Assembly: GCA_000002435.2 (NCBI GenBank)
Contig: CM018793.1
Reading direction: 5' to 3' (one strand)
From: Giardia intestinalis
Lineage: Eukaryota
Length of the DNA: 64,000 nucleotides
Positions 21,601 to 32,100 of the stretch are shown in pieces. The translations under genes were made by a program, and so were the position numbers. Within the stretch, counting starts at the first letter, position 1. Every line of letters begins with the position of its first letter. A model generated the notes under the pieces. It was not told where the DNA came from. It was given only the letters and a program-made list of their open reading frames with translations, and did not search any database.

Positions 21601-22271
21601 GAGGCGGCGCAATTCGGTCTTTCCTGTATTCTGCTGGCGGGTTTTTCCTTAGGCAACGTACTTCTGCGTTCCGATTCCTTGCGATTGAACAGTGCAAGAC
21701 GGTCATTTGAAGAAAGATGCTTAGCCGGAGAAGGCTTGGGGGGCTGTGGCTTCCGCAATGTAGAAGTGGCCTTCGCGGGAAATCCCTGAAAATACGACTT
21801 TTCTGCCTCTTCCCTAGATGCAGGCAAGTTTGGCACACGCTCTTGCGGCACCTGCTTGAATCCCGAGCCCTCGTAGGCAAGAGCAGAAGATTTATCCGTT
21901 AGTGCAGCTGACTTTGGCACATGTCGTTTAATGTAGTCCATACGAAAGTGCAGAGAGCCTGTTATGTGGCTGTCAAGGGCACTATAGATGAACTTGCTCT
22001 CTCCGGCCAATGCCACCACGGGTTTCGGAGGCGGAAAGACGTTTTGCAGAATGATGTCGGGAAAATCGTCTCCGTAGATGCTAGGATAGAGTTGCGTGAC
22101 GAACGAGTTTTCCAGTGACCCCAAGAAAGCGTCCTCGTAGCCCATCATGAGCGTCTCCAGGAGCGGCCAATCTGAAAACTCGACGTCCAGAAAAAGCGCA
22201 TTCATCGTCCGCTCCATGTCCTGTGCTAGGGTGCGCATCCCACGCTCGAGCAGGTTAAGAATTAAATGCAA
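18639..22271 (-). CDS. Hypothetical protein (1210 aa) with a possible IQ-like motif
   Basis: A long ORF with Giardia-like codon usage. The sequence LAFQAHYRGSLAR resembles the IQxxxRGxxxR consensus. No other recognisable domain. Confidence 0.6.
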   Translation of the reverse strand: MHLILNLLERGMRTLAQDMERTMNALFLDVEFSDWPLLETLMMGYEDAFLGSLENSFVTQLYPSIYGDDFPDIILQNVFPPPKPVVALAGESKFIYSALDSHITGSLHFRMDYIKRHVPKSAALTDKSSALAYEGSGFKQVPQERVPNLPASREEAEKSYFQGFPAKATSTLRKPQPPKPSPAKHLSSNDRLALFNRKESERRSTLPKEKPASRIQERPNCAASMHVLGPLSSTKSAIKYIASSTQSLKDSASLSMSNLSVTNTTAGASVELHASPSNFQDSQVADPICRTLSTDRPAELKAALVVQSVYRMLTRRTWFVTIRLAALAFQAHYRGSLARCAYAERRAKVADRARNTFLKHQEAFLAKLCALSVARRSSSVAYDAFIFSKHKYNEPIVSYFMPVCYDRVERVLFDDARSRQTGALEIRPRKFTVPIVLLSTPASVGGESAILFNSYSTPSMGFSFCPLSLVHFLLDPTVLKLVVVAEHSVSLAYIESILTGITQESMLLKRNQMLHSLLRCPSPEVPSRHSSPLHANKTLSDTPGPRASQTSPTPFTEAYPDSVTHGAASASTHADGSSLAGNYQNLFFPAQLSTLVKTKLVIIHPTLLSTLEANAFDRPVTLSYTGSIISLLLSSPDTIEELQRAVDKVCLEALRLQGSKDLEILPYFSSNIDSVSDFELYALTRTFRLPTTMLLHSQRINCRDLVLTSIHESQIFAVESISELHKYLRNERSVSSDTEYIIAPFTPGLANVFSEAVLYGLAGMRSYCLTRESKHTRRIMLYPILPITDAEQPHERVVKNICSSLGVGDYYILSARKADLQQSFVAARLIIYIEPSERPVVTYLGSSVDISSSLAGTHLPTRSFGTISPAPDSIYFTLKRQSANTIAKLIDYGIHGVVVLHYLYAEGTKVSAGESQHLSNISVGSTSTRSTLPSTASPSIRSPATQSMSVSPNPFQVLSASDCVKVYDSEVAHFNSLLSPTVFGTTRTRPPCSSLNAQTRGDESVSPSINDRVYTSQSGSTAVLVNISFGFTPGICHLYSAMALADLSWDSINGVLSRNDTSLVKRQITKAPMVVLSLPFLWHRDLQTINRTAFMVALMKEGIVFDSLTRTGTLFDWNPASSSFGVFGVYQNPLLAVQQMARLTDITLATIHNAHPTSVSSVTTRLNSLHCESEVNGKAYARLRTAHMSTNLQDCGAALKAMLPHLQPVD

Positions 22272-22443
22272 ACTCGCTAATCTGTTCTATTTTATGACCT
22301 AAAAATTTAGACGTTTTTGAACCCAAGTATGTATTTACTATGACACCTTTTGCTAAAAGTCATACTTTTTCTTCGCCTACCCGGTCAGACTGATTTTCCA
22401 AGAGACGCACTCAGAGGACTGTACCCGAATTTCGCTCCAATCT

Positions 22444-22457
22444 ATTAGTTAAAAAGT
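22444..22457 (+). promoter_or_regulatory. AT-rich initiator (attagttaaaaagt) immediately upstream of the WRKY gene ATG
   Basis: Giardia core promoters are short AT-rich elements abutting the start codon. This element is an island in a locally GC-neutral context. Confidence 0.4.
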
Positions 22458-25205
22458 ATGAAAGAAGGATCCCTGCATGACTTGGGGGAGCCCATAGAGC
22501 TGAGCGTTGTTTCGCAATATGCTGATAAACACGAGCCCCTACCTGGTGCTATTGGCGCAGGAGGACACCAGAACGCAAGTGGTGTGCATCACCAGATGGA
22601 TGTCTCTGTCCACACACTGACTTCAATATCTGCTGACCTGTATAATCATAACTCCTTTGGCAGAGAAAGAATTAACCCTGTCCCCACGCTTTCCTACGGG
22701 GAACGTCTTCCAGCGGCCTCCTCGGTTTCTGATAAATACCTGCGTCAAATCACAGGTTTCGATGCAAGCCAAGCTATGGATTTACCCGCGTTATCTGGGA
22801 ATCTGCCTGCTGTATCTTACCTTCCCTCTAGCACTCTTCCCTGCCTGCCCTTATCGGCTGCGAATATGGGTGTCTCTCAGATAGTTGAGAGAGCTGCATT
22901 CATTGCTCCCAGCAATTTGCAAGCTAATTCTGACCTGGGCCAGAATTACTCCAATGGCATATCTGTCCAATCCATTCCTCATATTCCTATCTCCGGACTG
23001 CTGCCGACAAAAGCACATGATTTTCCGAGGGATGGAACGCTATCTCCTGCATCATCAGATGACTCAGGTATTGGTAGTTCCTCTTTTCTGTGCTCGATGG
23101 ATCAGAGCTCGTGTCCTATCACAAGCACATCTAGCGCCTTTCAAAGCAGTCGCTCTCAGAGTGTGTCGCTTGCAGCTCCAGGGCCCATTCCCCCTTCAAC
23201 GCCTTCCTTAATATCTCGGTCTTTTTCCGGAGCATCTAGACCTAACATTTCAGCCAAGGACTTACAGACATCGGTTAGTTTGTCCTCGCAGACACGTAGT
23301 GCCACAAAGAGCTTCACTCTCCTAGGCGATTCACTTGGAGGTGCTCCGTCCCAGGATGGAAGCTCTACGCTAGTTGCTTCCGCCACTGTTTCGGAGCCAC
23401 GATCCCTGCGCAAAGCTACAACGCGGCGTGTCGAGTGTAGCATCAGAAAAACCACCACAGAGAGAGTGACGATTCGCGAGCTGCCAGCAGATGGCTATTG
23501 CTGGCGCAAGTATGGCTCCAAGCGTCTTCCGAACAACTCTCATCCCAAATCCTACTTCAGATGCTCTGTACCTGGATGTCAGGCAAAACGGTATGTCACC
23601 GAGACTGACAACAGGGTGCTCAAGACAGAGTACATTGGAGAGCACAATCATGGAAAGAGTTCCAGCACCACTCATGAAGCAACTAGTCTGGCGGACGTGT
23701 GCCGTCTTGCAGCCCTGGGCCAAAACTTCCTCATCAAGAGTGATTTGTCTCTAAGTGTACTGTCTAAAACTTTCCTTGACCTGGCAGTCCTTCTTCGGCC
23801 GAGCATCTTCAATAATGATTATTTAATCTTAAATGGCTTTGGATCCATAGTTTTGGATGACTCAGATAAGCGTTATCGAGATCCGATTAATGGTCACGAA
23901 ATTATTGAGATCTCAGACAGTATCTATCCTCTATCTGCACTGACGTCAATGGTCATGACTTTCTTCGCGAAAGGAGTTGAGCTCAGTAATGCGGTCAATC
24001 TGGCCATCACGCAATTGAACAAAAGTTTTCGTGAAAAAGCTATGTATGCAATCAGAAAGCAAGACAGTCGCGGTCGTAACCATTCGGATGATTCGTCCCT
24101 TGTGGCGATCCCCGGTGAAGATCCCTCCACAAAGGGTTCATCGGCCCATGCACCTCGTGGACGTAAGCTGATTATCTCGTGTAAGCTCCCTAGCTACGAT
24201 CAAATAGAATCCAGTATTGACTTTTTTCGATGGAAGAAGTACGGCCACAAGCCCCAAACAGACACTCGGCTCGATTCGAAGTCGTATTACCGCTGTGCGT
24301 TCTTTAACTGTCCGGCTCGTAGAACAATCACCTTTTTTTATTCCCTGAGCTCCGATGGTACCGAAACAGTTGAGTCCGTGATTGTGCAGTACGAGAATCA
24401 GCACACACACCCTCCTGATAGGACTAGGATACCCTACAAGGATTGCCTTAAACTCCTAAAAGCTCCAGATCACTTACCAATTCAGCCAATTAGGTCTCCT
24501 GACCATCCCATCTTTGCTAATCCCACGTCATACTTGGGTGTCACAGGGGTTACCGTTGCCCAGCGACCCGTGTTCACATCACTGACACCTCACATGACCG
24601 CACCTATTGGAGACCCTGCTGGCCACCATCCTATAGCCATGCAGCACGGAATGCCTGCGCAGGCATCACATGGAATCTCCGACATAAACACTGTCACACA
24701 CGGAGCTCAGCTGGTCTCCTCCATGCAGCGTAGCGACTCATTTGAGCGAACCTCCTGTCTACTTTTCCCCCGGGTAGATTCTATGGCACTTCAAGAAGGG
24801 TTGTCCGGGCTGCACACAGACCAGAGTCTCTACGGATGTGCTTCTGGGTCGCCAGGCTACGGAGCATCGTATCCGCTTGCTACACAGCCAGACTGCAGCA
24901 GCTACAGTCTCGTGCGCTCCAATTCGTTCTTATTTCTCAATCAGCTAGGCCAAGCTCAGTCACAGCTCGATCAGGTGATTGACGCAGGGCATTCGTCCAC
25001 AGTTGGTAGCTTCGGGTCTACCAGCAAAATCCCTTCGATTACGCCTCACTCAATTCACTCTTCGAACATGGAAAAGGATCTCCTCTCCTATTGCTCCACA
25101 ATCGTACGGGGGGATGAGAACATTAACTTGACGAATGCAGAGAATGAATCCATAAGCCGCATGCATGACACCTTGCTGGGCCCGATGGTTAACGTTTACT
25201 CTTGA
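22458..25205 (+). CDS. WRKY-domain transcription factor with two WRKY zinc-finger domains
   Basis: Domain 1: DGYCWRKYGSKRLPNNSHPKSYFRCSVPGCQAKRYV...EHNH (variant heptad WRKYGSK, C-X4-C...H-X-H). Domain 2: DFFRWKKYGHKPQTDTRLDSKSYYRCAFFNCPARR...QHTH (heptad WKKYGHK). The N- and C-terminal regions are Ser/Pro-rich low complexity. Confidence 0.85.
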   Translation: MKEGSLHDLGEPIELSVVSQYADKHEPLPGAIGAGGHQNASGVHHQMDVSVHTLTSISADLYNHNSFGRERINPVPTLSYGERLPAASSVSDKYLRQITGFDASQAMDLPALSGNLPAVSYLPSSTLPCLPLSAANMGVSQIVERAAFIAPSNLQANSDLGQNYSNGISVQSIPHIPISGLLPTKAHDFPRDGTLSPASSDDSGIGSSSFLCSMDQSSCPITSTSSAFQSSRSQSVSLAAPGPIPPSTPSLISRSFSGASRPNISAKDLQTSVSLSSQTRSATKSFTLLGDSLGGAPSQDGSSTLVASATVSEPRSLRKATTRRVECSIRKTTTERVTIRELPADGYCWRKYGSKRLPNNSHPKSYFRCSVPGCQAKRYVTETDNRVLKTEYIGEHNHGKSSSTTHEATSLADVCRLAALGQNFLIKSDLSLSVLSKTFLDLAVLLRPSIFNNDYLILNGFGSIVLDDSDKRYRDPINGHEIIEISDSIYPLSALTSMVMTFFAKGVELSNAVNLAITQLNKSFREKAMYAIRKQDSRGRNHSDDSSLVAIPGEDPSTKGSSAHAPRGRKLIISCKLPSYDQIESSIDFFRWKKYGHKPQTDTRLDSKSYYRCAFFNCPARRTITFFYSLSSDGTETVESVIVQYENQHTHPPDRTRIPYKDCLKLLKAPDHLPIQPIRSPDHPIFANPTSYLGVTGVTVAQRPVFTSLTPHMTAPIGDPAGHHPIAMQHGMPAQASHGISDINTVTHGAQLVSSMQRSDSFERTSCLLFPRVDSMALQEGLSGLHTDQSLYGCASGSPGYGASYPLATQPDCSSYSLVRSNSFLFLNQLGQAQSQLDQVIDAGHSSTVGSFGSTSKIPSITPHSIHSSNMEKDLLSYCSTIVRGDENINLTNAENESISRMHDTLLGPMVNVYS

Positions 25206-25258
25206 CGCTTCAATGTTTAGACCCATAGTTTATTAGTAAACCTTAAAACCACACGTCT

Positions 25259-28200
25259 ATGGAGCCACGCTACTCCTGCTTTGTAAAGACTGGCATTTGC
25301 AGTGCCGGTCTACTTGAGACGGGGTCATCCGTCGAAAGCTTTCTGATCACCACAGCTGCGGGCACGCTCTCTGTATTGACGCCAGATTCGTCTGGGTCTT
25401 ACCGTTCTAAACCCTTAGAATTTGACCCTCAGAAAGTTGTGGCAGCAACGCCAGCGCTAAGGCCAAACAGTGCCTTTCTGGATTTGGCCTTTTCGGCTAG
25501 TTCTTCTGGGGTCATGTCCGTCAATCTTTCCGAAGATTGCCTCTACACGGTTAATGACCTCGTGTGTGATGCAACCCTTTTATCCGCTGTTTCTATGTGC
25601 CGACTCACCACTGCGGAAAGATGCTTTGTTTCCATGCTACGCAAGAATAAGTCTAATGTGGCCAGTGCGATTCCACCCCTAGTCCTCCTAGCCCAGCAGT
25701 GCAATGTTTCAGCGTATAGGATACCAACTACCGCTAGCCTGACGCAAAATCAAACAGAAACTTTCTGGGTTCCCACGGGAGACGTTGTGGTGCACATGGC
25801 CACCTTTTTACCACTAGCCTCTCACCTGAAGATGAGTGAGGGTGATTCGGAAGTAGACGAGGCTGAGCTAGATTACTTTGTGGTTTCACGGGATCGGTAT
25901 GGGCGTTACTTTCGTGGAGAAGAGCTTTTAGCAGAAAAGCGGCTCCCAACCCATGTCCTTCGCATGAAGACATTGGGCCGGTTTATTCTCTTGTTTCTAG
26001 CAGACCACTCCCTCTATCTCTTGTACCTTAATGAAGTGTCAATACTTCAACTGCATAGATTCCCTAGTGATTGTTCGCTGATCGATGCGTGTCTCCTCGA
26101 AAAGCCATCCAGCAACATCTTACTAGAAAAGCGTCCACTTTCCACTAGTACATCCTTCAAAGCCCTCGAAGCAAAGACAATAGAAGAGAGCTTTGACCTA
26201 AATCCCACCACAGCGAGCACTAGTAAAACTGCAAACAGATCAACTGCCGATGGAATACCACTAATAGTGAAGCTCCAGCTTACCAAGATTACATTTAGTG
26301 TGCTCACGTTCCACCCCACTGCTGTGGACAGAGGCATGCCTTCAGTCATGGAGCTACCAATCCACGACTTCCCCATTGCGCTTCCTGTTACAGAAACTGC
26401 ATTGTCCACGAAATCAGTTAAATGTACGATCGACTCCGGCACCTTGTCCGCTTTACCAGACAAGTCGCTGCTGTGGATCATTGCTAGCGACACCCTTCTT
26501 ACTTTTTCTGTTAGGGTATTTACTGACATTTATTCTATGCTACTAGCGTATAACTTCAGAGGACATATCTGCAATTCAAGCCACGATTTTTCGCAATCCA
26601 ATGACGTGCACGATGCAATGCATTTGCTCGCCAAGAAGCGCACACTGATGGCTCAGTTGCAACTTTTGCGGCAACAACAAGTGTCCAACTCTGCACAAGA
26701 GTCTTGTACTGACGCCGACAAGGATCAGGGGAACGATGGTTCCAGGGAATATACATTTGGAGACCTGCTCCGTGAAGCACGATTGTTGGGTATTTATTGC
26801 GCAGATGTAGAGTCTCGTTCGATGCTCCTTTCACTGAACTGCTCTCCTGGCCACTACCTAATTAAAGTCGCCCTTCCTGAGCAACTATTTGTACACAGTT
26901 TTGCTATATTAGATCCTAATACTGGAGCTGCGAAATCAGTATTTGCACCACTTAACGTTAGAGATGCTAGTTCTGAATTCAGAAAGATCTGCTGCGGTTC
27001 TGGAGACAGCTCCGTCGCAGCGTCTCTGGGGCCTATTGTACGCGATAGTAGTCTGCACATGTCGACACGGTTCTTAAATATGGAGCATCGTATCCAGCAT
27101 GCGCTGCTTCTCAATGGACATGATCATGCAATAGATGTGGTCAACGACACGACGGTCATGGAAATAGACAAGGTCCGCAACGTCTTTCTTTCTGAGCTAG
27201 CTCGAACTCATCTTTCAGAGAAGTATACCACATCTCTTCCATCCTCTCACCATATCTCACATCACCTTAACAAAAACGCACAGCCAGAGTCAATTGTGGA
27301 ATTACCTATCTCGTCAGACATCATTGAAGAATATGCTGGATCAACTATTATCCTGCAACTAGCAGTAACACAGACTAATTTATCCTCGGCAACTCATGGC
27401 ATTTCAATCCCAATTTCCGTAAGCCTGCCAGTGTGTCCAATGATGCGCCTCTGTTCCAGTTCCTTTTGCAGTACATTGGCCTCCTTTGAAGGGGGATCTT
27501 TGATGGTTCTCTTGGAAGAAGTCGCGAGTCTGACAATGAACTTTAACAACTATAAGATTTTAAGCACCAAACTGGCGGACATTCTTTGCAAGCCTATTCT
27601 TATAGCACTGCCAGACGATCACGATGCCCTTGATGGCAAGTTAGAGCAAGCTAACGAATTTGTTTTCTTTGTGGAGAGTTGTAACTCAACAAGTCTTCTA
27701 CAGCTCCTCTCTGAAGCGTCCGATGATGATCTACCCCTTCCCAAATTGTTAGGCTACTCCGTGGAAAGCAAGTCACTGGGCCTCCTAGCAAAGACTAGAA
27801 TAGCCACAGTGTTTAGAGTACATTGCTTCTTTGAGAATCTTCAACTTACCAAGGTGCGGCTATCTGGATTAGACATCACTCTCTTAATAAGCTTTGCGCA
27901 GAAACTTGCAACTGTATTGCTTCCTAACGGAGCGGATGTGACCTTGTTTCGTGAATTGTGCTCATCACTCAGATTTAGCCCTAAGGCGCGCTCTTTCTTG
28001 ACTGCAGTCAGGTCTATGTACAGAAGCTCTCAGAATCAATTAGGGCATGTTTCTGCCGGGCTTTCCGAGCTTTCGTCTCGCATGCTTCTCGACTGCGACC
28101 AAACTCTCGATCTCACCAGTGTGTGCTTTTATCGAAGAGCCTTAGATCAGCTTCAGCATCTTAAAAATAGCATACGTATTACTATTAAGCAAGCTCTGGA

Positions 28201-28354
28201 CGCACAGGAAGCCAATAAAGCTTTTGGTTATTGCCAGGCATACCTAGACTCACTAGAAGCATCTCTCTTATTTATCAACAGCTCCAAGGTAGATGACATC
28301 AAAGCGTGGATGAACTCAGACAGCAGTCCAGCCGTTTTAGAGTGGGGCGAGTGA
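25259..28354 (+). CDS. Hypothetical protein (1031 aa)
   Basis: A long ORF with no recognisable domain. Its stop codon lies 1 nt from the stop of the convergent NIF3 gene. Confidence 0.6.
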   Translation: MEPRYSCFVKTGICSAGLLETGSSVESFLITTAAGTLSVLTPDSSGSYRSKPLEFDPQKVVAATPALRPNSAFLDLAFSASSSGVMSVNLSEDCLYTVNDLVCDATLLSAVSMCRLTTAERCFVSMLRKNKSNVASAIPPLVLLAQQCNVSAYRIPTTASLTQNQTETFWVPTGDVVVHMATFLPLASHLKMSEGDSEVDEAELDYFVVSRDRYGRYFRGEELLAEKRLPTHVLRMKTLGRFILLFLADHSLYLLYLNEVSILQLHRFPSDCSLIDACLLEKPSSNILLEKRPLSTSTSFKALEAKTIEESFDLNPTTASTSKTANRSTADGIPLIVKLQLTKITFSVLTFHPTAVDRGMPSVMELPIHDFPIALPVTETALSTKSVKCTIDSGTLSALPDKSLLWIIASDTLLTFSVRVFTDIYSMLLAYNFRGHICNSSHDFSQSNDVHDAMHLLAKKRTLMAQLQLLRQQQVSNSAQESCTDADKDQGNDGSREYTFGDLLREARLLGIYCADVESRSMLLSLNCSPGHYLIKVALPEQLFVHSFAILDPNTGAAKSVFAPLNVRDASSEFRKICCGSGDSSVAASLGPIVRDSSLHMSTRFLNMEHRIQHALLLNGHDHAIDVVNDTTVMEIDKVRNVFLSELARTHLSEKYTTSLPSSHHISHHLNKNAQPESIVELPISSDIIEEYAGSTIILQLAVTQTNLSSATHGISIPISVSLPVCPMMRLCSSSFCSTLASFEGGSLMVLLEEVASLTMNFNNYKILSTKLADILCKPILIALPDDHDALDGKLEQANEFVFFVESCNSTSLLQLLSEASDDDLPLPKLLGYSVESKSLGLLAKTRIATVFRVHCFFENLQLTKVRLSGLDITLLISFAQKLATVLLPNGADVTLFRELCSSLRFSPKARSFLTAVRSMYRSSQNQLGHVSAGLSELSSRMLLDCDQTLDLTSVCFYRRALDQLQHLKNSIRITIKQALDAQEANKAFGYCQAYLDSLEASLLFINSSKVDDIKAWMNSDSSPAVLEWGE

Positions 28355-28355
28355 A

Positions 28356-29162
28356 CTAAACATCACACACTATAGAGACATGCTCTACTGTTATAGAAAG
28401 CTGCTTAGAAATGAGGTCCCCGATAGCCCATAGGCCTGGCTGTTCCGATCTCCAATGGCCCAGCGCTGCCATGCTAATCCCCCGGTCCCGCGCAGTAGAG
28501 ATAGCGCTCTCCTTGGGCTCTCCAAATATAAATAAATCCACGTCTTCTATCTCGTCAATCAGGCCTGAAGAGCCTCCAGAACAAATATAGACGCGCTTTG
28601 GTGGGCTATTAATTGCAAAGGAAGAATTAAACGGCCAAACTCTTGTACCGTAAAACGTCGACGAACAAAGATCATTTTGTTGAGGAGTGCGTGTATCCAC
28701 CTCGTAGGCCCTCCTATCACAAAACTCGCTCAACCTTCGTATTATCTCCAATCCAGACAGATTGCCGGGATTTTCACAGTAGCAGCCGCACGAGTAAAAC
28801 TTCTCCAGCAGAAGCCCCGCAGCCTTACAGAGCTGGGCATTGTGTCCAATAATAGGATGAGCATCCATCGGGAGGTGATATGCAAATAGGTTTATGTCAT
28901 GTTTGAGGAGAGGAGTCAACCGCTTCTTTATCGAATCGGTTACTCGAAGGAATGATTTCCCAAAGAACCCATGATGCACAAGTATTGCATCAGCGTTTCT
29001 ATGGACAGCTTCTGCGATAAGGTCACCACAGAGGGACACACCTGTCACCAAGGTCCTAATTTCCTTTCTTCCTTCTACCTGGAGTCCGTTGTACTGACCA
29101 TCTGGCTGCTCTTCATACACCTCCGACAGAAACTGCAACAACTGGTCTCTGGAAACTGACAT
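28356..29162 (-). CDS. NIF3-family (DUF34/YbgI-like) dinuclear-metal-centre protein
   Basis: The 268-aa length is typical for the family. The N-terminal motif ...DAILVHHGFF matches the family HH metal-ligand motif, and the C-terminal ...LGHWRSEQPG matches the GHxxxE motif. Confidence 0.7.
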   Translation of the reverse strand: MSVSRDQLLQFLSEVYEEQPDGQYNGLQVEGRKEIRTLVTGVSLCGDLIAEAVHRNADAILVHHGFFGKSFLRVTDSIKKRLTPLLKHDINLFAYHLPMDAHPIIGHNAQLCKAAGLLLEKFYSCGCYCENPGNLSGLEIIRRLSEFCDRRAYEVDTRTPQQNDLCSSTFYGTRVWPFNSSFAINSPPKRVYICSGGSSGLIDEIEDVDLFIFGEPKESAISTARDRGISMAALGHWRSEQPGLWAIGDLISKQLSITVEHVSIVCDV

Positions 29163-32100
29163 ATGCTATCCTTTTATTTACAATGTGTCGTTTGAACGTA
29201 TTTTTCTATGAAAACTGAAGTTACAATACAATGTGTCCCTAGGAGAGGCGCCCGCCGCCCTCTGCCGTCTGCCCCGTGGGCCTCTCGAGTGCCCGCGAGG
29301 CGATCCGGCTAGCGTGTCCGCGCCCCTTACGTAGGCAGGGATTCTCGCCGTCTCTGTCCCGCCGCCCTGGGCACCAGCACAGGGTCGCTTGCTGCGCCAT
29401 CGTTGGTGCCTCTCCCGTGCCGAGCCAGGAGCACTGCAACCGCTGCAGCCTCTGTGTCAGGGCGGCCCGCACTGTTTTGTGGGTCCTCCTATGAGGTGCA
29501 AGCCGCGTGGGTGCCCTGATCGAGGTCGGCTAGCTGATCGGAAGCCTGAAGCCGGAATGACAGGCGCTCACAGTCTTCGACAGCTTTTGGTTCTGCTACT
29601 AGGGACAGATACCCACGATGACTATGCCCCCATCAGTTCGAATACAGTTGGCTGCGTTGTGGCCACGTCGTCAGCGTGTATCGGCTGGGCCCCTCAGAAG
29701 CTAAGAGTCTCGTCCAGAGCCCTTTCATCTCTATTTTGTTTCCAGTACTACTCCTGGAAGTCTACTAGCCCTTTGTCATGGTTAATGTGCAATGTTTCTA
29801 AGCTCTCAAGTCGTGGGACAGCCCGAGCACTCCTTGCCTTTCCCACTTCCTAGCAGGTTCACAAGCTGAGTTAGAGACGGCCGATTCTCCTGGCCCACAA
29901 CTAATAGACGCTGTACTAGCTCTACTCAGCTGCGCCTTCGGCTCTGTTTAGGCCAAGCTCCCAGTTCCCTGGAGGGACACCCTCATTCCCCATATCTTTA
30001 ATAAAGGCTAGAGCATTCATAGCCATACGTTCATGTAAAATATAACGCATGCTCCAAATACTCGAGGTGGTTATGCCCTTTCCTACTCCATGCCCCCGGG
30101 ACTGTATGCATTAGCATGACTTCAAAATATGCTCTGTTGAGCCTATCTTTTGGAGCACAGAAAACTAAAAGAACGGAGCCATGTTTTCGCCATGATCGAA
30201 CTCGGTTACGACTAGATATACTGTACTGCGACAGAGGAAAGCTCTCCATTAGAGTGTCTTTTCTCAGACACGTGAAATGCGCCATCAGAGCCGAAATCCG
30301 ACGAACCATCTCGAGGGCTTTGGCCTCTTGGATGGCCATTCTCCACTGTCTGAAGAACCTTATTGCGTCTTTAAGAGCAGACTTATAACATTGCATGCAC
30401 AGGCAAAAGGTTCTTTGTTGTGCAATACCTGTTTGTATTCAAAGGGATGTAAAGGCTTGAAGAGCTGCATAGTACACAGGTCGGCCTCAGTGGCGTCCGG
30501 AATAATCCCCTTCAATTAGATACCCCTACCTACCTCGTCCAATGTGTCTTTCAATGCATAAACAGTTCTATACAATCCTTTGCCAATCACTATAGCCAGC
30601 TTAATCATCGGATCATCACTCGTTTCAGTTTTCTCAGACATTTTTAGTTGATACTCGATGAGCTGACCTAATTGGTAGTGCCAAAGGTAGCATGAAGTTT
30701 GTCTGCTTTGCATATGGAAGGATCTGTTATATCCTTACAGAATTTGGCAGTGCAATGTATAATTACCAACAAGGATCTGTAAAGCAAATAGTCACAAGTT
30801 TTGAAGGATTTAGCAAGACTAAAAGTCACTCTCAGACCTCAACTTGAGTATAAGTGATGATCCTATCGAGAACTAAAGGTCCATAAACGTAACGGAACAG
30901 GCGAATAGTCCGATAATTATTTCTTCTTGAAACGACAGATTTTTTCATGCTTCTAAGTGATTAAACTAAAGACAAATTCTAGGCTAAATAAGAGCCCCGG
31001 AATCCCTTGAAGCATAAGCTATCCTATTACTGGGTTATTATAGAATCTAACTAACTCTAGTACTGTGGAATGGCAACCAGGTTTAAAGTAAGGGAAGATC
31101 TATGTGCTTACAGACTTTAGGCCCACGGGATAGGGGTAGCAAATCATATATTTGAAGCTAATTGTTTGCCATCTTATCTTCTAGCTGATTCACAGTAATG
31201 TGTATCCTTCGCACCGCAAATGGTTTCTAGTATCAAGAAAATGCATAGCAACTCTACCGGGCTACAGCTAAAATAAAGCAAGAAGCAAAGTCCACGGATA
31301 TATGCCCAACTATACATAGTTATCATAATTGGCTAGGGCCTCGCGGATTACACAGTGCCTTTGCGATGTGCAAGATAACATCGTATAGTAATGTGCACTC
31401 ATCCATAAAGTAGCACGCATTATTTGTACATATTGATGTAGCAGGGCCTGGTATCTCCAATTATCCGGATAGCTTTCTAACTCGACTAGTAATAAGTTGC
31501 AATATCTTTATTCTTCGCCAAATGGCCAGCATTTTCTGAGGGTCTAGACCAGGAATAGTGAAGTCAGCATTCAATTGAGTACTTGTACACTGCACATAGG
31601 GTGGGTTGGTCTCTACGCATCCAAAGTTTGTAGCGGAAACTCATTGCGTAACTATCTAAGAATCCTATGCAAAATCGATAGCTCTTAACGCAGATAGGCT
31701 ATCTTTTCAAATCTACAAATCGCTAAGATCCCCTTTCTAAAATCTTCGACATCACAGACCCCATGCCAGGCAGCAAACCTTGTGCTACATAATATGAGAG
31801 CCTCTAGGATGTGTAAACACCTGTGCGGCTACAGCGACGTATCTCCATTCACAGGTGCCAGTAGAACCGATGGACACTGGTGAAGCATATCGGTGGGTGG
31901 AAGATGTAGTGAGTCAGGCATTCTGTATACTGTCATTCACCACAGCTCCCGTAGTGAGCCATGGGGAGCCTGAAGACTGGTGCTCTATGGCGGCGTGAGT
32001 GTGGGTGGTGAGCCTAGAGCAGTCGCCGAATCGATGGTTTCGGGACAGCTTCTGTCATGAAGGATAATAGAACAGTGCAGCGAAGAACAGGTAACCCAAG

